Positions 9,219 through 17,793 of a stretch of 43,298 bases of DNA are shown one piece after another; position 1 is the stretch's first letter; the number at the start of each line of letters is the position of its first letter. The stretch is from positions 1 to 43,298 of the forward strand of contig CAZGMN010000001.1 of NCBI GenBank assembly GCA_964526905.1. Direction: 5' to 3'. The stretch is from an uncultured Eubacteriales bacterium (GTDB taxonomy: Bacteria > Acidobacteriota > Aminicenantia > Aminicenantales > Aminicenantaceae). The position numbers and the translations under genes are program-made. The notes beneath the pieces are model-generated. The model searched no databases. It had not been told where the DNA came from and saw nothing but the letters and a program-made list of their open reading frames with translations.

Positions 9219-9280
9219 AGCATCCTAAATTCCGTAAGAGCCAATGAATGACAGCGGGGGTGGCACGGCATGCTCCCCGC
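9219..9280 (+). repeat. Copy A of a 61-62 nt dispersed intergenic repeat
   Basis: agcatcctaaattccgtaagagccaatgaatgacagcgggggtggcacggcatgctccccgc differs from the copy at 28394-28454 by 4 substitutions and 1 indel. It lies in the convergent gap between the yjbQ-like and HAD genes. Confidence 0.7.
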
Positions 9281-9287
9281 TGAAAAA

Positions 9288-9893
9288 TTAAAAAGAAAGG
9301 CCCATCCCCAGCAAAACGGCCTCGAGGTCGGTTTCGGGCTCCATCTGGATTCCATGGATTCCGAGCCTCATCGCGGCTTCGACATTCTCTTTGATATCGT
9401 CGATGAAGACGCATTCTCTGGCTTCTGCCCCTGCCTTTTTCAAAGCCTCTTGGTAGATTCCAGGGTCAGGCTTCATCAGGCCGACCTCGTAAGAAAGAAC
9501 GTATTCATTGAAAATCAGAATCTTGGGAAACTTCTTTTTGATGAAACCAAAGCGCACGACATCGGTGTTGGAAAGAAGAAGGATTTTATAATTTTTCTTC
9601 AGCCTCTTCATGACCTCCAGGACAGGAGGGTTGGGAGAGAAGACATCGCTGTAGATGGAGTAGAAAGTATCGTAGTCGATCTTGGCCTTAAATGCCTTTG
9701 TGACTTGACGATAAAACTCCTGAGGTGTCATCTTCCCCTTGTCAAAATACTCAACAAGGTCAAAATGGGCTGAAGTCAAGGCAGCGATTTCCTTCATGGA
9801 AAAGGGAGAATAGTTGGCTATTTTCCTGAAAAAAATATCATTATCAAAAAATATAATCACCTTGCCTAGGTCAGAGATCACACAGCGTATCAT
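9288..9893 (-). CDS. HAD-superfamily hydrolase
   Basis: ORF trimmed to MIRCVISDLGKVII (HAD motif I, DxG variant). LLSNTD and FIDD motifs lie downstream. There is no clear SD. Confidence 0.75.
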   Translation of the reverse strand: MIRCVISDLGKVIIFFDNDIFFRKIANYSPFSMKEIAALTSAHFDLVEYFDKGKMTPQEFYRQVTKAFKAKIDYDTFYSIYSDVFSPNPPVLEVMKRLKKNYKILLLSNTDVVRFGFIKKKFPKILIFNEYVLSYEVGLMKPDPGIYQEALKKAGAEARECVFIDDIKENVEAAMRLGIHGIQMEPETDLEAVLLGMGLSF

Positions 9894-9968
9894 CGGCAAC
9901 GACTTTTTTAAAAAATAAAAAAGTTTATACCAGAAAAAGGCATTCAGCACAAGTATTTTCGGCTAAAA

Positions 9969-9997
9969 TTGACATCGATATTTTCCTGTGATATAAG
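9969..9997 (+). promoter_or_regulatory. Candidate sigma-70 promoter for the MFS gene
   Basis: TTGACA-17 nt-TATAAG, about 40 nt upstream of the ATG at 10039. Confidence 0.4.
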
Positions 9998-10038
9998 CCA
10001 AAGGTCTTTTAAGAAATTCTTTCGGATAGAATAAAGGG

Positions 10039-11373
10039 ATGGCAGAGGCAATTGAAAAAGTCGGCATCTTTCACCCAACAAGGGCACCTTATCGATTTAC
10101 TGTGCTCGCCTTCGCTGCTTTGCTCACCTTTGGGAGTTATTTCGCCTACGATATTGTTGGTGCCATTGCACCCACCTTGGTCGAAAAGTTGGGAGTGACT
10201 CGCAGCATAGTAGGCGCTTTTTACCTCATGTACAGTCTTGCCGCGGTTCTCTCTGTCTTAGCCGGAGGCTTACTGATCGACTGGCTGGGAACGCGCAAGG
10301 CCAGCATCCTGTTTTCAATTCTCGTTCTTCTTGGTTCAGTCCTTGTCTGGCGTGCCAAGAGTTTGCCAGTCTTCTTCGCCGGCCGGTTTATCTTCGGTGC
10401 AGGCTCTGAGCCTTTGATTGTCGCCCAGAGCGCCATCATCGCCCGCTGGTTTAAAGGCAAAGAGCTGGCACTGGCCTTCGGCATAGCTCTCACTGTCAGC
10501 CGCCTGGGAACACTTTCCGCCTTCAACACCGGGGAATTGATAAGCAGTTATTTTGGAAGCTTTCGCTGCGCTCTCTTCGCGGCAACGGTTTTCTGCCTCC
10601 TCTCGCTTTTGGCCAACATCGTTTATATCATCCTCGACCGCCGAGGCGAACGAGTTCTCAACCTGAAAGATGAAAGCGTTGCGGAGAAGATTGTGCTCAA
10701 GGATATTAAAGAATTTAAACCAACATTCTGGTATGTAACATTGCTTTGCGTCACATTCTATTCAGCCATTTTCCCTTTCACTGCTCTTTCTACCGATTTT
10801 TTTGTGGATAAGTGGGGAATCGCCCGAGTGGCTGAAGGAAGCGGAGGATTTCTCTACATGGTTTTCAGCAATTTTCTTCATATGTTCAGCACAGCAGGAG
10901 GAATCACCTCGATTATTATCTTCGCCTCCATGCTCCTCGCTCCTTTTGCCGGCCGCTTAGTGGATAAGATCGGAAAAAGGGCAACCTTGATGATTATCGG
11001 CTCATTGCTCATGGTCCCCAGCCATGCTCTCATGGGTCTGACCAAGATTTATCCTGCCTACCCGATGATCGTGCTTGGAGCCTCCTTCGTCCTGGTCCCT
11101 GCGGCGATGTGGCCTTCTGTTCCGCTTATCGTGCGTAAAGAGCGGGTGGGAATGGCCTTTGGGCTGATGACAGCCATCCAGAACATAGGCCTTTTCCTCT
11201 TCCCGCTTTTAAACGGCTTGCTCCGGGATTTGACCAAAACCTACACCAGCAGCATGCTCATGTTCGCCAGCCTGGGATTTTTCGGACTCATTTTTGCTTG
11301 GCTTCTCAAAAAAGCTGACAGGAGTGAAGGCAGCGCTTTGGAAAGGATTGACATTGAATCCAGAGCTGCTTAA
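10039..11373 (+). CDS. MFS transporter
   Basis: 444 aa with about 12 hydrophobic segments and a central loop. GRLVDKIGKR-type MFS loop motif. Confidence 0.85.
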   Translation: MAEAIEKVGIFHPTRAPYRFTVLAFAALLTFGSYFAYDIVGAIAPTLVEKLGVTRSIVGAFYLMYSLAAVLSVLAGGLLIDWLGTRKASILFSILVLLGSVLVWRAKSLPVFFAGRFIFGAGSEPLIVAQSAIIARWFKGKELALAFGIALTVSRLGTLSAFNTGELISSYFGSFRCALFAATVFCLLSLLANIVYIILDRRGERVLNLKDESVAEKIVLKDIKEFKPTFWYVTLLCVTFYSAIFPFTALSTDFFVDKWGIARVAEGSGGFLYMVFSNFLHMFSTAGGITSIIIFASMLLAPFAGRLVDKIGKRATLMIIGSLLMVPSHALMGLTKIYPAYPMIVLGASFVLVPAAMWPSVPLIVRKERVGMAFGLMTAIQNIGLFLFPLLNGLLRDLTKTYTSSMLMFASLGFFGLIFAWLLKKADRSEGSALERIDIESRAA

Positions 11374-11623
11374 AAAGACCTCTATTTCAACGGCAAAAAA
11401 GAAAACCAAATTCCTGCTTTCGGATATCAAGGCCATAAAAAGGCACCGTCCCTCTTTTCAACACGATTGACTGCCAGACCAGTCATTTCTTAAAAGCCAG
11501 TTTAAAGATATGTTGACAATATAAGGAGACCGCCCCTTGTGGAAAAGCTGCATGAGGAATAACAGCCTGTCTGCAGAACACTTGCGGCAGCTTTTTAAAT
11601 TTTAAATAAGGAGGAAAAGACCA

Positions 11624-13327
11624 ATGGGAATATTAAGAAAGAAAAATGGTTTTTCCAAAATCCTGATTTACGTTTCTCTTGCCTCTCTCTTTTTTCTCGT
11701 CTTTGGCGGCGCCTTTGCTCTTTACTATTTCAAGGGAGTAAAGAGAATCACAAGCAGTGATCTGGCTGCAGCTGAAAAGATAATCGGGCTGAGGTTCACT
11801 CCAAAAGAAAGAAGATTGATGCTGGATAATCTTAAGAAAAATGTCTCACACTACAAAGAGCTGAGAAAGGTTCCTCTCTCCAACGCTATTCATCCTGCCC
11901 TCTGCTTCAGCCCTAGCCTTTCGGCGCTGAAGCCGGAAAAGCAGGCGAAAATGCCTCTGGCCTTCAAGGATGCGGATATCCAGATGCCTCAAAACTTTGA
12001 GGATATAGCCTTCTATCCTCTTACCTCGCTCGCTTCTCTGATCAAATCCCGAAAGCTCACGTCTACTCAGCTAACAGAACTCTATCTCAGCCGCCTGAAA
12101 AAGTATGGCCCTCCCCTGGAATGCGTTGTCACTTTGACTGAAGAGCTGGCTTTGAAGCAGGCCCGACGCGCTGACCAAGAAATTGCGGCAGGCCATTACC
12201 GAGGTCCTCTTCACGGCATCCCCTGGGGGGCTAAGGACCTTCTCTCGACGATAGGCACGAAAACAACCTGGGGTGCAGAGCCTTATAAAGACCAAGTGCT
12301 TGAGGAAAATGCCACTGTTGTTGAGAGGCTTGAGCAGGCCGGAGCTGTCCTCGTGGCCAAGCTCAGTTTGGGAGCCTTAGCCATGGGGGATGTCTGGTTT
12401 GGCGGGAAAACTAAGAATCCCTGGAATCCCAAGCAGGGCTCGAGCGGCTCCTCTGCCGGACCGGCTGCGGCAACGGCTGCTGGCTTGGTTGGATTCTCCA
12501 TCGGGACTGAGACTTGGGGTTCGATCATCTCTCCCTGCACTCGCTGCGGAGTGACTGGGTTAAGGCCGACCTTCGGCCGGGTGAGCCGTTTTGGTGCTAT
12601 GGCTTTAAGCTGGACTATGGACAAAATCGGCCCTATCTGCCGCTCTGTGGAAGATTGTGCCTTGGTCTTTGATACTATCTACGGTGCGGATGGAAAAGAC
12701 CCGACCGTGGCTGATTTTCCTTTTAATTGGGAACCGAGCCTTGACCTTCGTCAGATCCGCATCGGCTACCTTAAAAAGGCTTTTGAAAAGGATTATAAGA
12801 ACAAGAAAAATGATGAAGCCTGCCTTGCGCTTCTCCGCTCCCTTGGAGCCGAGCTTGTCCCTTTCGAGCTTCCAGAGCTCCCAGTCAATGCCCTCTCTCT
12901 TATCCTGGATGCCGAGGCCGCAGCAGCCTTCGATGAGCTCACCCGAAGCGGGAAAGATGACCTGCTCCGAAGACAGGACAAAAATGCCTGGCCGAACATC
13001 TTTCGCCAGGCAAGGCTCATTCCAGCCGTGGAATACATCCAGGCCAACCGCATCCGAACAGTGCTTATGGAGGAAATGCGAGCGAAGATGAAGGAGATTG
13101 ATGTCTATCTTGCGCCTTCTTTCGGCGGCGACAACCTGCTCCTGACAAACCTCAGCGGACACCCGGCAGTTGTCGTCCCCGACGGCTTTGACCAGCAAGG
13201 GAGCCCGACAAGCATCACTTTTATCGGGAATCTCTTTGAGGAAGCCAAAGCTCTCAGAGTCGCCATGGCTTTTCAGGATGCGACAGACTTTCACCTCAAG
13301 CATCCAAATCTGGAAAAGAATTTTTAA
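11624..13327 (+). CDS. Amidase-signature family amidase with an N-terminal membrane anchor
   Basis: AAGGAGG SD. GIPWGAKD, a GSSGSSAGPAAA (GGSSGG-type) signature and GTETWGSI are present. There is an N-terminal TM helix (ILIYVSLASLFFLVFGGAFALYYF). Confidence 0.88.
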   Translation: MGILRKKNGFSKILIYVSLASLFFLVFGGAFALYYFKGVKRITSSDLAAAEKIIGLRFTPKERRLMLDNLKKNVSHYKELRKVPLSNAIHPALCFSPSLSALKPEKQAKMPLAFKDADIQMPQNFEDIAFYPLTSLASLIKSRKLTSTQLTELYLSRLKKYGPPLECVVTLTEELALKQARRADQEIAAGHYRGPLHGIPWGAKDLLSTIGTKTTWGAEPYKDQVLEENATVVERLEQAGAVLVAKLSLGALAMGDVWFGGKTKNPWNPKQGSSGSSAGPAAATAAGLVGFSIGTETWGSIISPCTRCGVTGLRPTFGRVSRFGAMALSWTMDKIGPICRSVEDCALVFDTIYGADGKDPTVADFPFNWEPSLDLRQIRIGYLKKAFEKDYKNKKNDEACLALLRSLGAELVPFELPELPVNALSLILDAEAAAAFDELTRSGKDDLLRRQDKNAWPNIFRQARLIPAVEYIQANRIRTVLMEEMRAKMKEIDVYLAPSFGGDNLLLTNLSGHPAVVVPDGFDQQGSPTSITFIGNLFEEAKALRVAMAFQDATDFHLKHPNLEKNF

Positions 13328-13358
13328 AGCTTATTAGAATCCGAAAGGCGGAATTTTT

Positions 13359-13778
13359 TTATTTAACCTTTTTGGTAGCAGTGGCTGAAACAGAAAGTCC
13401 CATGTCCTCCAATGTTATTATCCCTTCAAGTTTATTGTCTCCGACTTTGAATTCAGCTTTCACCACACGCTCCAAGCCGTCGGGCGGAGTGGGAGATGTG
13501 AACTGAAACTTAAATGTCTGGCCGTCGTACTGAATCTCTTTGAGCGGAACATCGCTGAAAGCTCCTGTCGATTCACTGATTTTTCCCTTCAAACCCTCGT
13601 CTGACTTCTCGATGCTCAGGACAAGATAATAATATTCCCCATCGGCATTGACTTCCACATCCCAGGAACCAAGGACTTTTCCATAATCCGGAGTGACCTG
13701 GGTTTGTGCGGAGAAGGAGGAAAGGGATAGAATGAGCAAGAAACCTAAAGCAGAAACTGTTAGCCATTTAGCTGTCAT
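13359..13778 (-). CDS. Hypothetical small secreted protein
   Basis: ORF trimmed to MTAKWLTVSALGFLLILSLSSFSA (signal peptide) with a GGAGGTG SD. No family was recognised. Confidence 0.6.
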   Translation of the reverse strand: MTAKWLTVSALGFLLILSLSSFSAQTQVTPDYGKVLGSWDVEVNADGEYYYLVLSIEKSDEGLKGKISESTGAFSDVPLKEIQYDGQTFKFQFTSPTPPDGLERVVKAEFKVGDNKLEGIITLEDMGLSVSATATKKVK

Positions 13779-13993
13779 CTTCGTCACCTCCATCGTTGCT
13801 CGAAGATAAAATGATAGCAAAAACGAAAAAATTAATCCATCTAAATTTCACGTTCAGGATATCAGAGACGGCCTCGCTCCACATCAGATTTTTGAGGCCT
13901 TTCTTTCCTTGCACTTCTTGCCGTTTTTGCAGCGGACACAGTTCAGCTGTTATAACCTTGGGGAGGAAGCATCTGTAAATCCGTGGCATGAAG

Positions 13994-14143
13994 AGGATCA
14001 GGCTGGGTGTCGAGAAAACCGTTTGAAGGCTGAGCGGGCATGGTTCCTCGACCGAAGGTCGAGGAGAGCGAAGCCTGAAACCGAGCCGCTTTTGACTCGC
14101 TGGGGCAAAAGCGGCGTGTTTTCAAGACACCCAGCCTGATCCT
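13994..14143 (+). ncRNA. Candidate structured RNA or MITE-like element made of perfectly nested inverted repeats (strand not determinable)
   Basis: The outer stem is 18 bp (13994-14011 with 14126-14143). A 6-bp helix pairs GAAAAC (14014-14019) with GUUUUC (14118-14123). Branch 1 is GUUU/AAAC plus AGGCU/AGCCU plus an 8-bp hairpin at 14046-14064. Branch 2 is a 10-bp hairpin at 14085-14115. It lies between two divergent promoters and belongs to neither 5' UTR. Confidence 0.35.
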
Positions 14144-14197
14144 TAATAAGCTTTTCTATCACGGAGAAAAATATACAATCTTTTGCGCAAGAGAAGC

Positions 14198-14225
14198 TTG
14201 ACAAACAGCGTTGGTGATTTATGAT
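14198..14225 (+). promoter_or_regulatory. Candidate sigma-70 promoter for pgi
   Basis: TTGACA-16 nt-TATGAT, about 50 nt upstream of the ATG at 14277. Confidence 0.5.
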
Positions 14226-14276
14226 GATTTCAAAATAGCTTATTCATTAAAAGGAAAGCTGAGGAGCAAAACTCTT

Positions 14277-15974
14277 ATGGCAGAGAAAAACGAGGCAATT
14301 CAAACCGCGAATTTGGAAAGCTACGAAGAAGTTCTAAAGGCGGCATTTCAGAGAGCATTTAAAGAAAAGGTTATAGAGCGAATCTGGAAAAAGGATTATA
14401 CAATCTGGAAGGATAAGGACAAAGAGATATCCAACCGGCTGGGCTGGCTTGAGACACCGCAGAATATGGCCAAGGTCCTGCCTGAAGTCGAGAGGCTTGT
14501 CCATGAAATCCGAGCCGAAGGCTACAGCCAGGCGCTTTGTCTTGGCATGGGCGGCTCGAGCCTGGCCCCCGAAGTCCTCTCTAAAGTGTTTGGCCAAGCC
14601 AAGAATTTTCTCAAACTCGAAATCCTGGACAGCACAGTCCCGGCTTCCGTCTTATCCTTTAAGAATAAGCTTCTCCCGGAAAAAACACTCTTTATCGTCT
14701 CTTCCAAATCAGGAACAACGGTAGAAACAATTTCATTCTTCAAGTTTTTCTTCAATTGGGCAGGCGAATCTCTTGGAAAAGAGCGTGCCGGTGACCATTT
14801 TATCGCCATTACCGATCCGGGAACTCCTTTAGAAGAATTGGCACACCGCCATCGTTTCCGGCAAATCGTTGGCGGTGACCCTGATGTTGGCGGCCGGTTT
14901 TCTGCGCTCTCCGCCTTTGGGCTAATCCCGGCAGCCCTCAGCGGAGTTGAAATCCAAAAGTTGCTGGAAAAAGGCCAGGAAATGGCGCGCTCCTGCCGCC
15001 AAACCACAGAGCATAATCCAGGATTTCTTTTAGGGACGATACTGGCTGTGATGGCTCAATCGGGCCGGGACAAGGCGACTTTCGTTCTCTCCTCACAGAT
15101 TGAGAGCTTCGCTAACTGGCTGGAACAGCTCCTGGCTGAAAGCACAGGAAAAGAAGGGAAGGGCATTCTTCCTGTTCTCGGAGCAGATGAGGCGGTCCTC
15201 GATTCTTACCTTGGGGACCGCTTTTTTATCTTCATCCTGCTCGCTGGAGACAAAAGCCATTATCCCTTCATCGAGGCTCTCCAAAGAGCCGGACAACCTT
15301 ATCTTATACTCAGGATTAAAGAATTTTACTCGCTCGGGAGTCAATTTTTTCTCTGGGAGATGGCTACGGCTGTCGCAGGTTTCTTCTTAAAAATCAATCC
15401 TTTTGACCAGCCGAATGTCGCCCAATCAAAGAAAAAAGCTCAAGAATTCATGCAGGACTTCAGAGAAAAAGGGCATTTTCCTCCTGAATCTCCAATGCTC
15501 TCTCAAAAAAACATTTCTCTTTTCACAGACTTCCCCGCTCCCTCTCTGAAAGATGGCCTTGAAGCCTTTCTCTCCAAAGCCCGCGAAGGAGATTACATTG
15601 CCATCCAAGCCTTTCTTCAGCCGGCACCGCAAACAGAAAAACATCTTCAGGAACTGAGGAAAGCCCTGGAAAAGAAGACAGGGCTTCCGGCAACAATGGG
15701 TTATGGACCCCGCTATCTCCATTCCACTGGGCAACTTCACAAAGGAGACAGGGGAAATGGTCTTTTCATCCAGCTGACAGCCGATGATCCAGAAGATGCC
15801 CCCATTCCCGATGAAGCCAGCTCTCCGCTCTCATCGCTCTCATTCGGGATTCTCAAAAAAGCCCAGGAAAGAGGAGACTGGGAAGCATTGAAGGAAGCGG
15901 AACGGAGAGTCATCCGCTTTCACCTCAATCATGATCTTTTAGCAGGATTAAAAAAGATTACATCCCTGCTCTAA
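14277..15974 (+). CDS. pgi: Glucose-6-phosphate isomerase
   Basis: ORF trimmed to MAEKNEAIQ with a GAGGAG SD 10 nt upstream. GMGGSSL and SKSGTTVET sugar-isomerase motifs are present. Confidence 0.85.
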   Translation: MAEKNEAIQTANLESYEEVLKAAFQRAFKEKVIERIWKKDYTIWKDKDKEISNRLGWLETPQNMAKVLPEVERLVHEIRAEGYSQALCLGMGGSSLAPEVLSKVFGQAKNFLKLEILDSTVPASVLSFKNKLLPEKTLFIVSSKSGTTVETISFFKFFFNWAGESLGKERAGDHFIAITDPGTPLEELAHRHRFRQIVGGDPDVGGRFSALSAFGLIPAALSGVEIQKLLEKGQEMARSCRQTTEHNPGFLLGTILAVMAQSGRDKATFVLSSQIESFANWLEQLLAESTGKEGKGILPVLGADEAVLDSYLGDRFFIFILLAGDKSHYPFIEALQRAGQPYLILRIKEFYSLGSQFFLWEMATAVAGFFLKINPFDQPNVAQSKKKAQEFMQDFREKGHFPPESPMLSQKNISLFTDFPAPSLKDGLEAFLSKAREGDYIAIQAFLQPAPQTEKHLQELRKALEKKTGLPATMGYGPRYLHSTGQLHKGDRGNGLFIQLTADDPEDAPIPDEASSPLSSLSFGILKKAQERGDWEALKEAERRVIRFHLNHDLLAGLKKITSLL

Positions 15975-16130
15975 CTTTCTCTAGAACAAAGGCTTCTTTC
16001 AAACCTAAAAAATATTGTCCAGACGATGGAAGGAAAAATTACGGGAAATTCCCTTTCTTCTAAGATTATGTCTAAAGAATTGTAAAAGGAGTCACAAGAG
16101 GCGAGCTTTTCTTGAATTGACCACCTTAAA

Positions 16131-16937
16131 TCAGAAAATACTGCAGAATAAAACGTCGGCATGGAAAAGGTCATCCGTTAGCCGCCTTGTTTTCCACTCG
16201 ACTGTATCCTTAATGAACACATAAAACCACAAATTATCAAAAAGCCTCAATTTTTTCAGGTAGTATTGGGCAAAGTCTGTCATGCTATCGACAATAACAT
16301 AGCCCACTGCTTTGTCTTCCTTGTCATAGATTATGATTTTCTCAACTTCTTTCTCTTGGCCGCCTTCTGGTGCCGTCGGCTTGACCAGCTTGCCGAAAAC
16401 CTTTACCTTGCCTTTCCCTTCCCAGTCTTCTGATTTATCATAAGCGATGTCTCTCAATGCCGGAAATCCATCTCTTGCCTGTAAGTCCAGGTAATCATCA
16501 AGGACGGCTTCCTCGGTTCTGGTAAAAACAGTCTTCCAGGAATTATCTGGTTCTCTAACATCAATACTGTCAGCCACCAGGATGGAGGGTTTAGCAGAAG
16601 TGAAAACTCCCTTGCCTCTGATTTCTTTATCAACTAAGGTGCTGATATCACCGCTTTCTATCTTGCCCTGGACAATAATGTCAAATCCTTGGACAGAAGG
16701 TAAATAAAGATATTTTCCGACAGCAGCCTTGACCACGCCTTCAAAACTATTTATGCCTTCTTTGACTCTAACTCCTGCCTTCTCCAGAGTCGCAGCTTCT
16801 GGCTCTGCTGCCTTTTTCTTACAAGAAATAATTCCCCCTGCCACAAGCAAAATTACGAACAAACCCAAGCCCAGAAGCCGAACTGCCTTTTCAGTCGGAC
16901 TTTTTCCTCTGTTTGAAGTGAACGCTCTCAAAGCCAT
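16131..16937 (-). CDS. Hypothetical membrane-anchored protein or lipoprotein
   Basis: GGAGGT SD. N-terminal hydrophobic segment ending GGIISCKKK (possible lipobox). No family was recognised. Confidence 0.6.
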   Translation of the reverse strand: MALRAFTSNRGKSPTEKAVRLLGLGLFVILLVAGGIISCKKKAAEPEAATLEKAGVRVKEGINSFEGVVKAAVGKYLYLPSVQGFDIIVQGKIESGDISTLVDKEIRGKGVFTSAKPSILVADSIDVREPDNSWKTVFTRTEEAVLDDYLDLQARDGFPALRDIAYDKSEDWEGKGKVKVFGKLVKPTAPEGGQEKEVEKIIIYDKEDKAVGYVIVDSMTDFAQYYLKKLRLFDNLWFYVFIKDTVEWKTRRLTDDLFHADVLFCSIF

Positions 16938-17082
16938 GGCTCATACCTCCAAAACTTTAATCATTCAAACTTTCATCCGGGAAATGAACCTTGTCTCCTC
17001 TTCACAAATAAATCCACTCTTCAAATTTTTTTTATATCACTGAAGAAAATAAAAGTAAAGAAGAAATTAGTCCTTCGTGGGC

Positions 17083-17793
17083 TCAGCCATCCGTCTGGAG
17101 GCGCTTCAACATTCCATCCCGGAGTTCAACGATCCGTTCTGCCTTCTGGGCCAGGCCGAGATTATGGGTAACTAAAATGACCGTCAATCTCTCTTTCTGA
17201 TTTAATTCTCTGAGAATCTCGCCTATCTCTTCGCTCCTGTGGGCATCCAGATTTCCAGTTGGCTCGTCAGCAAGCAAGATCCTTGGCTTATTCACCAAAG
17301 CTCTAGCAATGGCGACGCGCTGCATTTCTCCGCCCGAGATCTCGCCGGGAAGATGATTCTTTCGGTGGTCTATGCCCAAGAGCTTTAAAACTTTTTCCAC
17401 ATCCTCCTCTGCTCCTACTTTCCTATAAAAGGTGAAAGGAAGAATGACGTTTTCGAGAACGGTCAAAGTCGGGACGAGATAAAATTTCTGAAAAATGTAG
17501 CCAAATATCTCTCTTCGAATTCGTGTCAATTTGCCTTCAGTGAGCGTCTCTCCTTCGTCAAAGATATTTTTTCCGAAAATATCAAGCCGCCCCGAAGTGG
17601 GATTATCTAGGCAGCCCAGAATGTTAATCAAGGTCGTCTTGCCCGAACCTGAAGGCCCGACAAAAGAAACGAATTGCTTCTCTTCAATGGATAGGTCGAC
17701 ACGATTGACAGCCAAAATCTCTTCGCTTCCCCTATAATAAATTTTTGTTAAATCATGAGCTTCAATAGCCAGATGAGAACTGTTCTTCATCAT
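17083..17793 (-). CDS. ABC transporter ATP-binding protein (MacB/LolD-type)
   Basis: Walker A GPSGSGKTT, signature SGGEMQR and Walker B LLADEPT. Overlaps the permease gene by 4 nt. Confidence 0.92.
   Translation of the reverse strand: MMKNSSHLAIEAHDLTKIYYRGSEEILAVNRVDLSIEEKQFVSFVGPSGSGKTTLINILGCLDNPTSGRLDIFGKNIFDEGETLTEGKLTRIRREIFGYIFQKFYLVPTLTVLENVILPFTFYRKVGAEEDVEKVLKLLGIDHRKNHLPGEISGGEMQRVAIARALVNKPRILLADEPTGNLDAHRSEEIGEILRELNQKERLTVILVTHNLGLAQKAERIVELRDGMLKRLQTDG

Noticed and set aside
9261-9276. A sigma-54 promoter in the dispersed repeat (TGGCACGGCATGCT in both copies).
   Set aside because: The -12 GC falls 10 nt rather than the invariant 12 nt after the -24 GG, and the TTGC context is missing. 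Copy A points into the 3' end of a convergent gene.
13994-14143. A TPP, guanidine-I (ykkC) or ZTP riboswitch, suggested by strings such as GAAGGCUGAG, CCUGAUC, GGUUCC...GGAGAG and CGCUGGGGCA.
   Set aside because: The motif order and pairing partners do not fit those consensus architectures; for example, CUGGGUGUC pairs with the far 3' end rather than locally. The element lies upstream of the pgi promoter rather than in a 5' UTR, and no thiamine, guanidine or purine genes follow. SRP RNA, tmRNA and RNase P were also excluded by the lack of their conserved motifs.
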